This document shows, piece after piece, positions 10,652-21,649 of a DNA stretch of 64,000 nt (position 1 is its first letter; every line of letters begins with the position of its first letter). Location of the stretch: positions 832,001 to 896,000 of the forward strand of contig NZ_CP157522.1 of the NCBI RefSeq assembly GCF_049075655.1, in the 5' to 3' direction. The notes beneath the pieces were generated by a model that saw only the letters and a program-made list of their open reading frames with translations, ran no database searches and was not told the DNA's origin. This stretch comes from Methanothermococcus sp. Ax23. GTDB lineage: Archaea > AGJL01 > Methanococci > Methanococcales > Methanococcaceae. Both the position numbers and the translations under genes were made by a program.

Positions 10652-11674
10652 TCATTTCATTAATCCCATAGCTTTGTTTGTCATTTCAATGGATTTCATA
10701 TTGTCATCTTCCATCTGCAACATTGACCTTATACAGTCTATATTTTCAGGAATTACATCACTTTCTTGATGGACTGCCTGCATCAAGAACAATTCATTAC
10801 CTACTACATTTATACTTTCTTCCCATATTGGAATCTCCCATAAATCATACCTAGGTCTCCCCAAATCTCTTGCAAATTCAATTATTGTGGCAGTTGAGTT
10901 TAAACCATCTTCTGCACTTACCGTAAATACCCTTGGAGTTTTCTCAATAGCATCAATTATATCATCTCTTGTTGTTCCTGTGGTTTCCACCATTAAAGAA
11001 TGCATGTGCATCAGTGTTGTAGGAACTATTACCGCGGAAGTAATTATTTTATCCTTGAACTCTGGAACCACAGAAGCCACATCTGGTCCGTGATGTGATG
11101 GAACAGTTGGTGGATTTGGAACTATTGCATTTATTGGTCCTCTTTTTGCATCGTTTGGGTCTGCCCCCCTTCTTATTAAAACAACCCTTGCTTTTACGAT
11201 GTCGGTGGTTGAATTTATGGCATATAAAGTTCTACATAATCCTGTGGTGTTGCAGGATACTGCTCTTATGTAATCCTTTCCATAACATCTATCGTAGCTC
11301 CAAAGTGCGTTAAAATTATCTTCCACATATTGTGCTTTTTCACCACCTTGAAGTATTGCCTTTACTTTATATTTTTTATATATATTTTCCAAATTATCTT
11401 TTCCTACCCCCCCTGGGGCACAATCTACCACAATATCTGCTTCCTCTATTACATCAAAAATTGTTCCCTCAATTTCGATTCCCTTTTCCTCAAACAAGGA
11501 TTTTCTCTCAGGAATGGCAGCGTATAACTTATATCCTTTATCGACAGCCATTTTTGCTTCAAAGTTAGGTTTTGTTTTTGTAACACCAATTACTTCCATA
11601 TCTTTCTGTTTTGATACAGCGTCTGCTACTCTTTTACCTATTGAACCATAACCATTTATCAGAACTTTTACCAT
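10652..11674 (-). CDS. gap: Archaeal type II glyceraldehyde-3-phosphate dehydrogenase
   Basis: [36 protein letters not shown]. Confidence 0.95.
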   Translation of the reverse strand: MVKVLINGYGSIGKRVADAVSKQKDMEVIGVTKTKPNFEAKMAVDKGYKLYAAIPERKSLFEEKGIEIEGTIFDVIEEADIVVDCAPGGVGKDNLENIYKKYKVKAILQGGEKAQYVEDNFNALWSYDRCYGKDYIRAVSCNTTGLCRTLYAINSTTDIVKARVVLIRRGADPNDAKRGPINAIVPNPPTVPSHHGPDVASVVPEFKDKIITSAVIVPTTLMHMHSLMVETTGTTRDDIIDAIEKTPRVFTVSAEDGLNSTATIIEFARDLGRPRYDLWEIPIWEESINVVGNELFLMQAVHQESDVIPENIDCIRSMLQMEDDNMKSIEMTNKAMGLMK

Positions 11675-11830
11675 AACTATCCTCCCAAGATTTTTATTAT
11701 TTGATAAATAAAATTATATAAACATGAATATATAAACATTATTTATTATTTTGATTATATAATACTTTTGATAGCAATGTTAATTAATATATTGATTATG
11801 GGATTATAAGATTGAAAATGGTGGTGCAAT

Positions 11831-12688
11831 ATGTTATCCACATTAAAAACAGCTTTGCTAATGGCATTATTGACGGGTTTGTTATATGGAGCATTCCTGC
11901 TTTTCCATATTCATCCATTAATTGCAATAATGCTTGCATTAATACCAAACCTTATAGCTTATTTTTACAGTGATAAAATCGTATTGATGAGTTATGGTGC
12001 AAAAATTGTAGATGAAAGGGAAGCTCCCTCTCTTCATAGGATTGTTGAAAATGTGGCAAGTCGGGCGGGGATTCCAAAGCCAAAGGTTGCAATAGTAGAT
12101 ACCCCAACACCAAATGCCTTTGCAACAGGGAGAAATCCAAAACATGCAGTGGTTGCAGTCACAACAGGTATATTAAATATATTAACTCCACAGGAGCTCG
12201 AAGGTGTTATTGCTCATGAGATAAGTCATATAAAACACAGGGATATATTGATAAGCTCCATTGTTGCTGTAATGGCTGGTGCTATCGTATATCTTGCAAA
12301 TATGCTTCAATGGGGGCTATTGTTCGGATTTGGTGGAGATGATGAAGATAATCCACTGGCATTCATAGGCTCAATATTATTTATGATATTGGCACCTATT
12401 GCTGCAACTCTCATACAGTTTGCAATTTCTAGGCAGAGGGAATTTTATGCTGATGAGGGTGGTGCAAAATATTCAAATCCTGTATATCTTGCAAATGCCC
12501 TAGCAAAGCTTGAAAGAGGAGTAAGCCTCTACCCACTGGAACACGGAAATCCTGCAACAGAACACATGTTTATTGTAAATCCATTTAGGGGGAAAAGTTT
12601 AATGAAATTGTTTTCAACACACCCTTCAACAGAAGAAAGAATAGAAAGATTAATGGAGATGGCAAGAAATCCAAGATATTTAGGATAA
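11831..12688 (+). CDS. htpX: HtpX zinc metalloprotease (M48)
   Basis: [27 protein letters not shown]. Confidence 0.95.
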   Translation: MLSTLKTALLMALLTGLLYGAFLLFHIHPLIAIMLALIPNLIAYFYSDKIVLMSYGAKIVDEREAPSLHRIVENVASRAGIPKPKVAIVDTPTPNAFATGRNPKHAVVAVTTGILNILTPQELEGVIAHEISHIKHRDILISSIVAVMAGAIVYLANMLQWGLLFGFGGDDEDNPLAFIGSILFMILAPIAATLIQFAISRQREFYADEGGAKYSNPVYLANALAKLERGVSLYPLEHGNPATEHMFIVNPFRGKSLMKLFSTHPSTEERIERLMEMARNPRYLG

Positions 12689-12741
12689 TACAAATTTAGG
12701 ATAATACAAAACATGTATATAAATCTAAAAAAGGTAAAAAC

Positions 12742-13395
12742 ATGGAAATTGGACTGACTGTTGTGGTAGACAATAAAGTAGGAGTTTTACATAAATTAAC
12801 AGGCGTTATTTCAAAATTAGGGGGAAATATATTATATACTCAGCAATTTATAAAGGATGATAATACAGGATTAATTTATATGGAAATAGAAAATATAGAT
12901 GATGAAAAAACACTTATAGATACAATAAAATCAATGGACTGTGTTAAGGAGGCTGAGCTCCACAACACACTTAAAAAAATATTTGGTAAAAGAATAATTA
13001 TAATAGGCGGGGGAGCTCAGGTTTCACAGGTTGCACTTGGAGCAATAAGCGAAGCAGACCGACACAACATAAGGGGAGAAAGAATAAGTATCGACACAAT
13101 GCCCGTGGTTGGAGAGGATAATTTAGCCGATGCAGTTTCATCTGTTGAAAATCTTCCAAGGGTTGGACTTTTGGTTCTTGCCGGCTCTCTAATGGGTGGA
13201 AAAATAACGGACGCAGTAAAGAGACTTAAAGAAAAAACAGGTATATATGTTATATCCTTAAATATGTTTGGAAGTGTTCCAAAAGTAGCTGATTTGGTGA
13301 TTACAGACCCAGTTCAGGCTGGGGTGATTGCTGTAATGACAATTGCAGATACGGCAAAATTTGACATAAATAAGGTAAAGGGAAGGGTCATTTAA
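12742..13395 (+). CDS. ACT domain plus DUF5612-type methanogen protein
   Basis: N-terminal ACT (NKVGVLHKLTGVI), GGGAQVSQVA, EADRHNIRGERIS. Confidence 0.75.
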   Translation: MEIGLTVVVDNKVGVLHKLTGVISKLGGNILYTQQFIKDDNTGLIYMEIENIDDEKTLIDTIKSMDCVKEAELHNTLKKIFGKRIIIIGGGAQVSQVALGAISEADRHNIRGERISIDTMPVVGEDNLADAVSSVENLPRVGLLVLAGSLMGGKITDAVKRLKEKTGIYVISLNMFGSVPKVADLVITDPVQAGVIAVMTIADTAKFDINKVKGRVI

Positions 13396-13458
13396 CAGAA
13401 ATCTATTTATACAACCTTACAACATAAAATTTATTAAATTAAATTTATGGTGAAAAAA

Positions 13459-13875
13459 ATGGGAAGCATAGTAGGTATATTAATATTAGTAGGAATTGGA
13501 CTTATTATTGGATATTTGCTATTTGGTAGAAAAAAGGAAAAGGTAGTATATATGCAAAATGCCCCGGGAATTCCAAGTGGTAGAACAGTTGGAAGTGGTG
13601 GGGCAATTGGTGGAGGACGGAGCTCCTATGGACACAGCAGGGGAGGTTCAGGAGGTTCAGGCAGTAGCATGTTGGGAACAGCAGCAGCGGTTGCAGGAGG
13701 GGTTGTTGCAGGGGAATTAATTGCTGATGCAGTGGATGACATGATGGACGGAGATGTTATTGATGGAATACAGGAAGGGATAGATGATGCAGTAGATTAT
13801 GTAGGGGACGCTATTGAAGATGCAGGAGAATTTGTTGAAGATGTAATTGATGATGTCGGAGACTTTGATTTTTAA
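13459..13875 (+). CDS. Small single-TM protein with Gly/Ser-rich linker and acidic C-terminus
   Basis: Hydrophobic N-terminus, GGSGGSG, D/E-rich tail; GGTGA RBS. Confidence 0.7.
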   Translation: MGSIVGILILVGIGLIIGYLLFGRKKEKVVYMQNAPGIPSGRTVGSGGAIGGGRSSYGHSRGGSGGSGSSMLGTAAAVAGGVVAGELIADAVDDMMDGDVIDGIQEGIDDAVDYVGDAIEDAGEFVEDVIDDVGDFDF

Positions 13876-13928
13876 TTTTGTATAATTTTTATTTTTTCAT
13901 TTTTATAATTTTATTGATTTATTTTTGA

Positions 13929-15053
13929 TTATTTTTTATTTTTATTATATTCACAAATCCATTCAACAACATCAACAACTTTTGCGTCAGTTTTAATGCC
14001 GTTTGGATTGTAATGAGTTCTTGATACTTTAAATCCGTTCTGTTTTAACCCATCCATTAAGTCATTTATTGGTGGCACGAGCTCTTTTATAAAACTACAA
14101 ATTTCATGAATATCGTAGCACCCGATTTGATTTATTTGGCATTCCTCGGATATGGTTTTTATAATCTTTCTACTCCTCTCTGAGTAGTTTCTATCATCTG
14201 CAACTTTTAATGCACCATTTACAATATTTAAATCGTTTATCTTATCTAAATAAAACAATCCTCCAAATCCTTTTTCAAATCCTTCTTCACGGATCTTTAT
14301 AATCTTTTCTTCATTAACATTTTTTATATATCCCAACTTCTTGACTGCCTCATCCGCTTTTTTTGCCCCTCTCTCAGTAATTAAGAATGTTCTGGCATAA
14401 TGGTCTGTAATATGCGAGAATATGGGTCTAAGCCCTACATCGTATTTAGATGCTACCCTTATGGCGTATCCGATTAATAACCTTATAGCTACTTCCTTAT
14501 CGCCTTTAAGTGGAATGGCGTCGTAATTTCTAATGCATGCCTTTTTATATGCTCCGCACAAAACCGCCGTATCTGTGGCAGTCATGCATAAAATCCCGTT
14601 TTTTGTAATGCAACTTCGCACCGCACTATCGATATATGGATTGGGGGAACCGAAGGGGTCTAAATCCACTACATTGAATGTTCTGAAATTCTCTGAAAGA
14701 AGAACATTGGCATCCTTATGTATGATTTCCACATTATCCAGTTCATTTACTTTTAGGTTTTCCTTTGCCAGTTTTACAGCATTGGGATTTATATCTCCAA
14801 TTACTACTTTTACAGTTCCAGAAGGGTTTTTTAACTCCTTGGCATATCTTAATCCTCTTGCACCGCTTCCACCTAGTGGGTCACATATTATAAATTCATC
14901 CCTTTTGTAATTGTTTAAGAAACTCTGAATTACTGAAACAGAGATGTCCCTGTTAATTTCCATTATTGGATTGTAAAATATTTTATCCTTTTTTGACAGT
15001 GTCCTATCCTTTGGAACTTTTAATTTTGTGTTTCCCTCGGTAATGATTTTCAT
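13929..15053 (-). CDS. trm1: tRNA (guanine26-N2)-dimethyltransferase
   Basis: FYNP...NRD, SGARGLRYA, DLDPFGSP, TATDTAVLCG. Confidence 0.93.
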   Translation of the reverse strand: MKIITEGNTKLKVPKDRTLSKKDKIFYNPIMEINRDISVSVIQSFLNNYKRDEFIICDPLGGSGARGLRYAKELKNPSGTVKVVIGDINPNAVKLAKENLKVNELDNVEIIHKDANVLLSENFRTFNVVDLDPFGSPNPYIDSAVRSCITKNGILCMTATDTAVLCGAYKKACIRNYDAIPLKGDKEVAIRLLIGYAIRVASKYDVGLRPIFSHITDHYARTFLITERGAKKADEAVKKLGYIKNVNEEKIIKIREEGFEKGFGGLFYLDKINDLNIVNGALKVADDRNYSERSRKIIKTISEECQINQIGCYDIHEICSFIKELVPPINDLMDGLKQNGFKVSRTHYNPNGIKTDAKVVDVVEWICEYNKNKK

Positions 15054-15181
15054 GAGCTCACCAATATATTTCCTTTAAATATAGTATATATTAAATATAA
15101 GTTTATGAAATGATATTTGGTAATTTAAATTAAATAAATAATATTGTTATTTTTATATATAATCATCTTATTGGTGAAAAT

Positions 15182-16162
15182 GTGATACTTGGAATAGATA
15201 TTGGAGGAGCAAACACAAAAATAACAGAATTAAAGGACAACAGCTATAAAATTCACCATATATATTTCCCAATGTGGAAAAATAGTGAAAAACTTACGGA
15301 GCTCCTACAAAAATATAACAATGAAAATATAAAAAAAGTGGCAGTAGTGATGACTGCTGAGCTCGCGGATGCTTATGAAACTAAAAAGGAAGGTGTGAAT
15401 GATATATTAAATTCCGTTGAAAAAGCATTTCCAAATAAGGAAATTTATGTTTTTGATGTTGATGGAAATTTTTTAACAACCGATGAGGCAAGGAGAGAAT
15501 ATTTAAAAGTTTCTGCATCCAACTGGACAGCTACGGCAAATTTTGTGTGCAACAGCATAAACAACAACTGTATACTTGTTGATATGGGCTCTACAACAAC
15601 GGATATAATTCCTATAAAAAATGGAAGCATAATGGCAAATAAAACAGATTTAGATAGATTGATGAATAATGAGCTGGTTTATGTAGGAGCTCTTAGGACT
15701 CCACTGTCATTTTTAGGAAATACTGTATTGTATAAAGGAAAAGAAACAAATATATCTTCGGAATACTTTGCAATCACAGGGGATATAAATGTTATTTTAG
15801 ATAAAATTACACCAAAACAATATACCTGCGACACCCCCGATGGTGCATCTCCCGATAAAAAACATAGCACAATAAGAATATCGAGAGTTTTATGCGGTGA
15901 TTTGGAGCAGATAGATGAGAAGGAAGTAATTGACATAGCAAACCAGTTCTACAACAAACTTTTAAATCTGATAAAATACAATGTTGATAATGTTTCTGAA
16001 AAATATGGTTTAAATGATATTGTAATTACAGGACTTGGAGAGGAGATTTTAAAGGATGCATTAATGGATTACAATATTATTTCAATTAAAGAAGAATATG
16101 ATGAGGATGTATCCCTTGCCACCCCAAGTTTTGCAGTAGCCGAATTACTCAGCAATAAATAA
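15182..16162 (+). CDS. mfnF: Methanofuran biosynthesis MfnF (hydantoinase A-like)
   Basis: GIDIGGANTK, MTAELAD, SASNW, DMGSTTTDIIP, ELVYVGALRT. Confidence 0.8.
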   Translation: MILGIDIGGANTKITELKDNSYKIHHIYFPMWKNSEKLTELLQKYNNENIKKVAVVMTAELADAYETKKEGVNDILNSVEKAFPNKEIYVFDVDGNFLTTDEARREYLKVSASNWTATANFVCNSINNNCILVDMGSTTTDIIPIKNGSIMANKTDLDRLMNNELVYVGALRTPLSFLGNTVLYKGKETNISSEYFAITGDINVILDKITPKQYTCDTPDGASPDKKHSTIRISRVLCGDLEQIDEKEVIDIANQFYNKLLNLIKYNVDNVSEKYGLNDIVITGLGEEILKDALMDYNIISIKEEYDEDVSLATPSFAVAELLSNK

Positions 16163-16276
16163 AAATAAAAATGAGATGATACATTAACCATAATTATAAC
16201 TCAATAAATTATCATTAACATAATCTTAATAATCTTAATTTTAAAATAGGATAATATTTTTTATTAATTTTAAAAG

Positions 16277-16346
16277 GTGATAACAATCAGGCGAAATAAA
16301 AAATTTCGCTACTGTTATCACTAAAAAAAGAGAAAGCGTGATAACA
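16277..16346 (+). promoter_or_regulatory. argG leader with alternative base pairing over the RBS/start codon
   Basis: GTGATAACA at 16277-16285 and again at 16338-16346 (includes the A of ATG); complement TGTTATCAC at 16313-16321; inner hairpin GCGAAAT/ATTTCGC. Confidence 0.45.
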
Positions 16347-17548
16347 TGACAGAAAAGGAAAAAATAGCAGTTTTGGCATATTCAGGAGGACTTGACACAA
16401 GTTGCTGTTTAAAATTGTTGGAAGACAAATACAATTATAAGGTAGTTTCAGCATGCGTTGATGTTGGACAGCCAGAGGAAGAATTAAAAGAACCAGAAGA
16501 AAAGGCAAAAAAATACGGCGTTTATGCACACTATACAATAGATGCTAAGGAAGAATTTGCAAAAGACTACATATTCAGGGCAATAAAGGCAAACGCAATG
16601 TATGAAGGCTATCCATTATCAACTTCATTAGCAAGACCCCTTATAGCTTTGAAATTGGTTGAATTGGCTAAGGAGTTAAACGCTGATGCAGTAGCACACG
16701 GATGCACTGGAAAAGGAAATGACCAATTCAGATTTGAAACAATAATTAGGGCAAAAGCACCAGATATGGAAGTAATTGCTCCAATTAGGGATTTAAACTT
16801 AACAAGAAATGAAGAAATTGAATATGCAAAACAGCACGGTATTCCAATACCTACTGAAAGCAAAAAATACAGTATTGACGAAAACCTTTGGGGAAGAAGT
16901 ATTGAAGGTGGTGTTTTAGAAGACCCAATGTTTGAAACACCAGAAGACGCATTCGCATGGACAAAAAACCCAAAGGAATGTAAAGAAGAAGAATATGTTG
17001 AAATAGAGTTTGAAAATGGTGTTCCTGTCAAAATAAATGGAAAGGAAATGAATCCTGTTGATATAATAAGGGAAGCAAATAAAATAGCGGGAAGAAACGG
17101 CGTTGGAAGAATAGATATAATCGAAGATAGGATATTAGGCTTAAAATCAAGAGAAAACTACGAATGTCCAGGTGCTGTTATGCTTATAACTGCACACAAG
17201 GCACTGGAACAATTGGTTCTCACAAGAGAAGAATTGAAGTTTAAGGAAATGGTGGATTCTATTTACGCAGATTTAATCTACAAGGGACTTTGGCATGAAC
17301 CATTGAGAGAAGATTTGGACGCATTCATTGATAAAACACAGGAAAGAGTATGCGGAAAAGTTAGATTAAAATTATACGCTGGTTCAATGAGAATAGTAGG
17401 AAGAGAAAGCCCTTGTGCATTATACAGTCAGGAGCTCGTATCATTCGAAGATAAAGATTTAGACCAAAGGGAAATTGTTGGAATGGTTAAATTCCACGGA
17501 TTGCAGGCGGCACTTTACGAAGCTGTGAAAAACAAAAATAGAAAATAA
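16346..17548 (+). CDS. argG: Argininosuccinate synthase
   Basis: [35 protein letters not shown]. Confidence 0.97.
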   Translation: MTEKEKIAVLAYSGGLDTSCCLKLLEDKYNYKVVSACVDVGQPEEELKEPEEKAKKYGVYAHYTIDAKEEFAKDYIFRAIKANAMYEGYPLSTSLARPLIALKLVELAKELNADAVAHGCTGKGNDQFRFETIIRAKAPDMEVIAPIRDLNLTRNEEIEYAKQHGIPIPTESKKYSIDENLWGRSIEGGVLEDPMFETPEDAFAWTKNPKECKEEEYVEIEFENGVPVKINGKEMNPVDIIREANKIAGRNGVGRIDIIEDRILGLKSRENYECPGAVMLITAHKALEQLVLTREELKFKEMVDSIYADLIYKGLWHEPLREDLDAFIDKTQERVCGKVRLKLYAGSMRIVGRESPCALYSQELVSFEDKDLDQREIVGMVKFHGLQAALYEAVKNKNRK

Positions 17549-17688
17549 GAATAAATGAAAATAAGAAATATAAGAACTTTTTATTTATTTTTTATCATTA
17601 TAATTTTTTATTTTTTTTAACTAATTTATTTTAATTATTTTCTAATTATTATTTTAATTTCTAATTATTATTTTAATTATTTTTTATT

Positions 17689-18318
17689 TTAAATAAAATA
17701 CTCCAATAGTGGATGACTTATTGTATATATGCCAATTAACAGGATTATAACACCACTTATTAATGGAAGTTTGTTTATGTCTTTACTCTGAACATATTTT
17801 TCTATAAACTGTTTACCCCTTACAAATAGTGCCGATAACAGAGATATACTCAGTGCAAGCCCCAAACTAAATATAAACACATAAACAAGTCCATCGTATA
17901 GATTACCACTTGTTATGCTAAACAATAGTACAGCAAGAGCCGCAGGACATGGAACAAGTCCCGCAGAAAGACCTACTGCCAAAACTCCTTTTTTTGTGTC
18001 TATTTTATGCTCGTGAGGATGGAAATAATTTTTTAAAATCCAAATTCCCACAGTGAGTAATATCCCACCACCAATCATACTCATTATATCATGAGTCATC
18101 TCTGAGCTCATAGTTCCAACTAGATATATTGAAAGAATGCCCAATGCAAAAACTATTGAGGTATGAGATACCACCACTGTTAGACCAAGAAGCAGTGCAT
18201 CTTTTAAACCTGCTCCCGTTCCCATAATATAAGCCGCCATAACTGATTTTCCATGTCCAGGTTCAAGGGCATGCATGAAACCAAGTGTGAATGCAGTTAG
18301 TATCCATAGGAGCTCCAT
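17689..18318 (-). CDS. RcnA/NicO-like nickel/cobalt transporter
   Basis: GFMHALEPGHGK, GLVPCPAAL, multiple TM segments. Confidence 0.85.
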   Translation of the reverse strand: MELLWILTAFTLGFMHALEPGHGKSVMAAYIMGTGAGLKDALLLGLTVVVSHTSIVFALGILSIYLVGTMSSEMTHDIMSMIGGGILLTVGIWILKNYFHPHEHKIDTKKGVLAVGLSAGLVPCPAALAVLLFSITSGNLYDGLVYVFIFSLGLALSISLLSALFVRGKQFIEKYVQSKDINKLPLISGVIILLIGIYTISHPLLEYFI

Positions 18319-18526
18319 AAAAATCACCGTAATATTAACTATTTAAATAAATTAAATATATTATTACCTAATAATACTAAATTGTGATTGGTATATAAAT
18401 ATGTTATTACTAAAAAAAGTAAATTGTTGAATATTAAAAATGTCTTTAATTGAAAATTTTAATAAAATATATGAAAAATAAAAAAATGATATTAATCAAT
18501 AAATTGTTAAAATTAGAAAATAGAAA

Positions 18527-19468
18527 TTAAATATCTTTAACTTCATTCCAGCAATTTTTTACAACTTCAACAGAGTGTTTAAATGCATTAAATTCATCAT
18601 CGCTTATTTTTATAGGAACTACTTCTTCTATTCCATTTTTTCCAACTTTAACGGGAACTCCAATACATACGTCTTTTATCCCATCTATTTCTCCATCCAA
18701 ATAGGCGGAAAGTGTCAATAGTCGTTTATCATTGTTGGTTATGCATTTAACAACATTCACTATGGCAGATGCTGGACCATACTCAGAACCTCCTTTTAAT
18801 TCTATTATTCTTTTCCCCCCATTTTTTACGAAATCAACTGTTTTTTGGTATGGGAAATTTTCAAAACCGGGCAATCGAGTTATGGGAATACCCCCAATTG
18901 CTGTGGCACTTAACAATGGAACCATGGTGTCTCCATGCTCTCCAATTATTCTTGTTCTAACATCACCAATATGCACTCCGAAATATTTTGCAATTGCCAC
19001 CTTAAATCTCATGGAATCTAAATGGGTTCCCAATCCAAAAACTTGATTTTTTTCATAGCCGCTTTCAACCAATGCCTTTTGAGTCATTACATCAACGGGA
19101 TTTGTTACTATAAACAATTTTGTGTCGCAGGTTTTTGAAATACCCCTCACATAGTTTTTAATGATTTTTGCATTTTCTTTTGCCAAATCAAGTCTTGACA
19201 TTTTATTATTTCTTGGAACGCCTGCTGGAATAATGGTAATTTCACTCCCATCCACCACTGAAAGGTCTTTCTCACTATGGACTTCAATTTCTGCATCCCT
19301 TCCCTCAGCTGCAAGAGCGTCATATATGTCCATTTTTATTCCCTTTAATTTGTTCAAGGATTTCTCTCTCGATATTAAATTTATATGCTTTATAGAAGAT
19401 TCTTTTGCAAGTAAAAAGGATACTGCTGACCCAATTCTTCCAGAAGCCCCAATTACGGACACCTTCAT
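18527..19468 (-). CDS. mdh: LDH-like malate dehydrogenase
   Basis: GASGRIG, AGVPR, TNPVD, HLDSMRF, GEHGD. Confidence 0.92.
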   Translation of the reverse strand: MKVSVIGASGRIGSAVSFLLAKESSIKHINLISREKSLNKLKGIKMDIYDALAAEGRDAEIEVHSEKDLSVVDGSEITIIPAGVPRNNKMSRLDLAKENAKIIKNYVRGISKTCDTKLFIVTNPVDVMTQKALVESGYEKNQVFGLGTHLDSMRFKVAIAKYFGVHIGDVRTRIIGEHGDTMVPLLSATAIGGIPITRLPGFENFPYQKTVDFVKNGGKRIIELKGGSEYGPASAIVNVVKCITNNDKRLLTLSAYLDGEIDGIKDVCIGVPVKVGKNGIEEVVPIKISDDEFNAFKHSVEVVKNCWNEVKDI

Positions 19469-19714
19469 AATCTCACCTTGGATTTATATTATTAAAAAAA
19501 ATTTGATTAAATATTAAACCATAATCTATATATATGTTAAGATTTGTAATATTTATAACAAATTTATTATTAATAAATGTTATAAAATATGTGGTATTAT
19601 TACTAAATTTAAAATAAAAAATTATAAATATGGATTATATACTATTAAGATTTAATTTAACAAATATAAAATTTATTTTAATTAAGGTAGGATAATTTAT
19701 TTGAGGTCGGTGCT

Positions 19715-19939
19715 ATGAAAAAATTCAACATGGAAGATGTGGATGAAATAGATGAAATAGATAAACTGGCAATAAACATATTAATAAATGCCCCTCTAAT
19801 GTCAGAACATGAGATGAAATATGCAATAAACAGGCTAAAAAGGATAGCAAAGAAAAAAAAGAACAATGAACGAAAAAAAGTAAATGATATATTGGATTAT
19901 TGGGCTAACAAAGCTTATGCTATTTCAATGAAATCCTAA
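19715..19939 (+). CDS. Small hypothetical protein
   Basis: 74-aa ORF with GAGGT/GGTG RBS. Confidence 0.6.
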   Translation: MKKFNMEDVDEIDEIDKLAINILINAPLMSEHEMKYAINRLKRIAKKKKNNERKKVNDILDYWANKAYAISMKS

Positions 19940-20089
19940 TTATTTTTAAATCCTACTATTTTTATTTTTTTATAGTTGGACATAATATATGATATTATCG
20001 GAGCTCCGCAGTATTCGAAATTTACTTTTTATAGATGATTATTTAAATATGGCATTTCAATATTTTTAAAAAATACTAACTGTGATTGT

Positions 20090-21649
20090 ATGATATTAGG
20101 AATCCACGACGGACATAATGCAAGTGCCTGTTTGATAGATGGTAATAGCATAAAATATGCCATAAGCGAAGAAAGATTTACAAGAAAGAAAAATCAAAGA
20201 GGATTTCCAAACTATTCTGTAAATTATATTTTAAATGAGATAAATGATACAATAGACTTAATAACCGTAGGAGGCATGTTTAGAAAAGGAAATAGATTAA
20301 AAGCATTAAAAAGTTTTCAAAAAGAAATAAATGTTCCTATGGTTTATTTTAACCATCACCTATGCCATGCTTCATTATATAAATTATCGGATTTCAAGGA
20401 GTGTTTGGTAATTACAATAGATGGTGGGGGCGATTCCCTTTCTTCAACAGTATCAATAGGAAATAAAAAAGGTTTGGAAGTTATTGCTCAAAGTGATTTA
20501 ATAGATTCTGTTGGTGATTTCTATGCATCTATTACGGAGGTTTTAGGATTCAAACCTATGGAAGATGAAGGAAAAGTAATGAGTTTGTCCAGTTATGACT
20601 GTGCAGATGAATCCCATATCGATTTAAAAGTTATTGATTATGATAGTAAAAGGAAATCCTTTGAGAATTATCTTGGTGTTGTTGGGTATGAAGCTACAAA
20701 GGCATTAAAAAGGATTTTTGATTTAAAAGATAAAAATATAGACTTTAAAAACAAAGTGTTAATTTCAAAATATGCTCAAAGAACTCTTGAAGATGTTGTT
20801 TTAAAAATGATAAAAGATTTTTCAGAAGAAACTGGTATAAATGATATAGTTTTTAGTGGTGGAGTAGCACAGAATGTGCGATTAAATAAAAAAATAGCGG
20901 AAAATTATAATTTATATGTTCCACCATTTATGGGGGATGAAGGGCTTTCTGTTGGTTCTGCATTGCTTTTTAATGATAAAAAGAACAAAAAAACCAAAAA
21001 TAAAGATATAACCTTAAAAGATACATATTTAGGATATGAAATTAAAAATGAGAATGTAGAGCTCCTACTCAATAGCAACGATAATATTTGCAAAAATTAT
21101 AAAATTACATATTTGGAAGAGGATGAGCTCCCTGAAATTATTGGAAATTTAGTAGTAAATAGTAAAATTGTCTGCATTTGTAGAGATAAAATGGAATTTG
21201 GACCTAGGGCATTGGGAAATAGAAGTATAATATCACTACCTAAACGGGAAAATGCAAAAAAGATTAATAGAATGTTAAAACGGGATGAATTTATGCCTTT
21301 TGCACCGACAATGCTTTATGAGCATATTGATGATTATTTAATTAATCCCATATACAGCCCGTTTATGACTATGCTGTTTGATGTGAAATCTGAAAATAAG
21401 GATAAAATAGATGGTGTTGTTCATGTGGATAATACTACCCGAGCTCAGACATTAAAGAGAGAATTTAATAAAACCTATTACGATATAATAAATTATGTTT
21501 ATGAAAATATGGATATTCCCGCAGTTTTAAATACAAGTTTCAATTTACACGGCGAGCCAATTGTTTGCAATGAACAGGATGCTTTAAAATCCTTTAAGTC
21601 GGTTGGTGATGCCTTATTATTGGGAAATTGGTTAATTGAGAAGATTTAA
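20090..21649 (+). CDS. NodU/CmcH-family carbamoyltransferase
   Basis: HDGHNASA, SEERFTRKK, HHLCHA, EGKVM, EFGPRALGNRS, LNTSFNLHGEP. Confidence 0.9.
   Translation: MILGIHDGHNASACLIDGNSIKYAISEERFTRKKNQRGFPNYSVNYILNEINDTIDLITVGGMFRKGNRLKALKSFQKEINVPMVYFNHHLCHASLYKLSDFKECLVITIDGGGDSLSSTVSIGNKKGLEVIAQSDLIDSVGDFYASITEVLGFKPMEDEGKVMSLSSYDCADESHIDLKVIDYDSKRKSFENYLGVVGYEATKALKRIFDLKDKNIDFKNKVLISKYAQRTLEDVVLKMIKDFSEETGINDIVFSGGVAQNVRLNKKIAENYNLYVPPFMGDEGLSVGSALLFNDKKNKKTKNKDITLKDTYLGYEIKNENVELLLNSNDNICKNYKITYLEEDELPEIIGNLVVNSKIVCICRDKMEFGPRALGNRSIISLPKRENAKKINRMLKRDEFMPFAPTMLYEHIDDYLINPIYSPFMTMLFDVKSENKDKIDGVVHVDNTTRAQTLKREFNKTYYDIINYVYENMDIPAVLNTSFNLHGEPIVCNEQDALKSFKSVGDALLLGNWLIEKI

Noticed and set aside
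18329-18410. NikR operator upstream of the Ni/Co transporter
   Set aside because: GTAATA/TATTAC half-sites exist, but the spacing is inconsistent and the region is extremely AT-rich.
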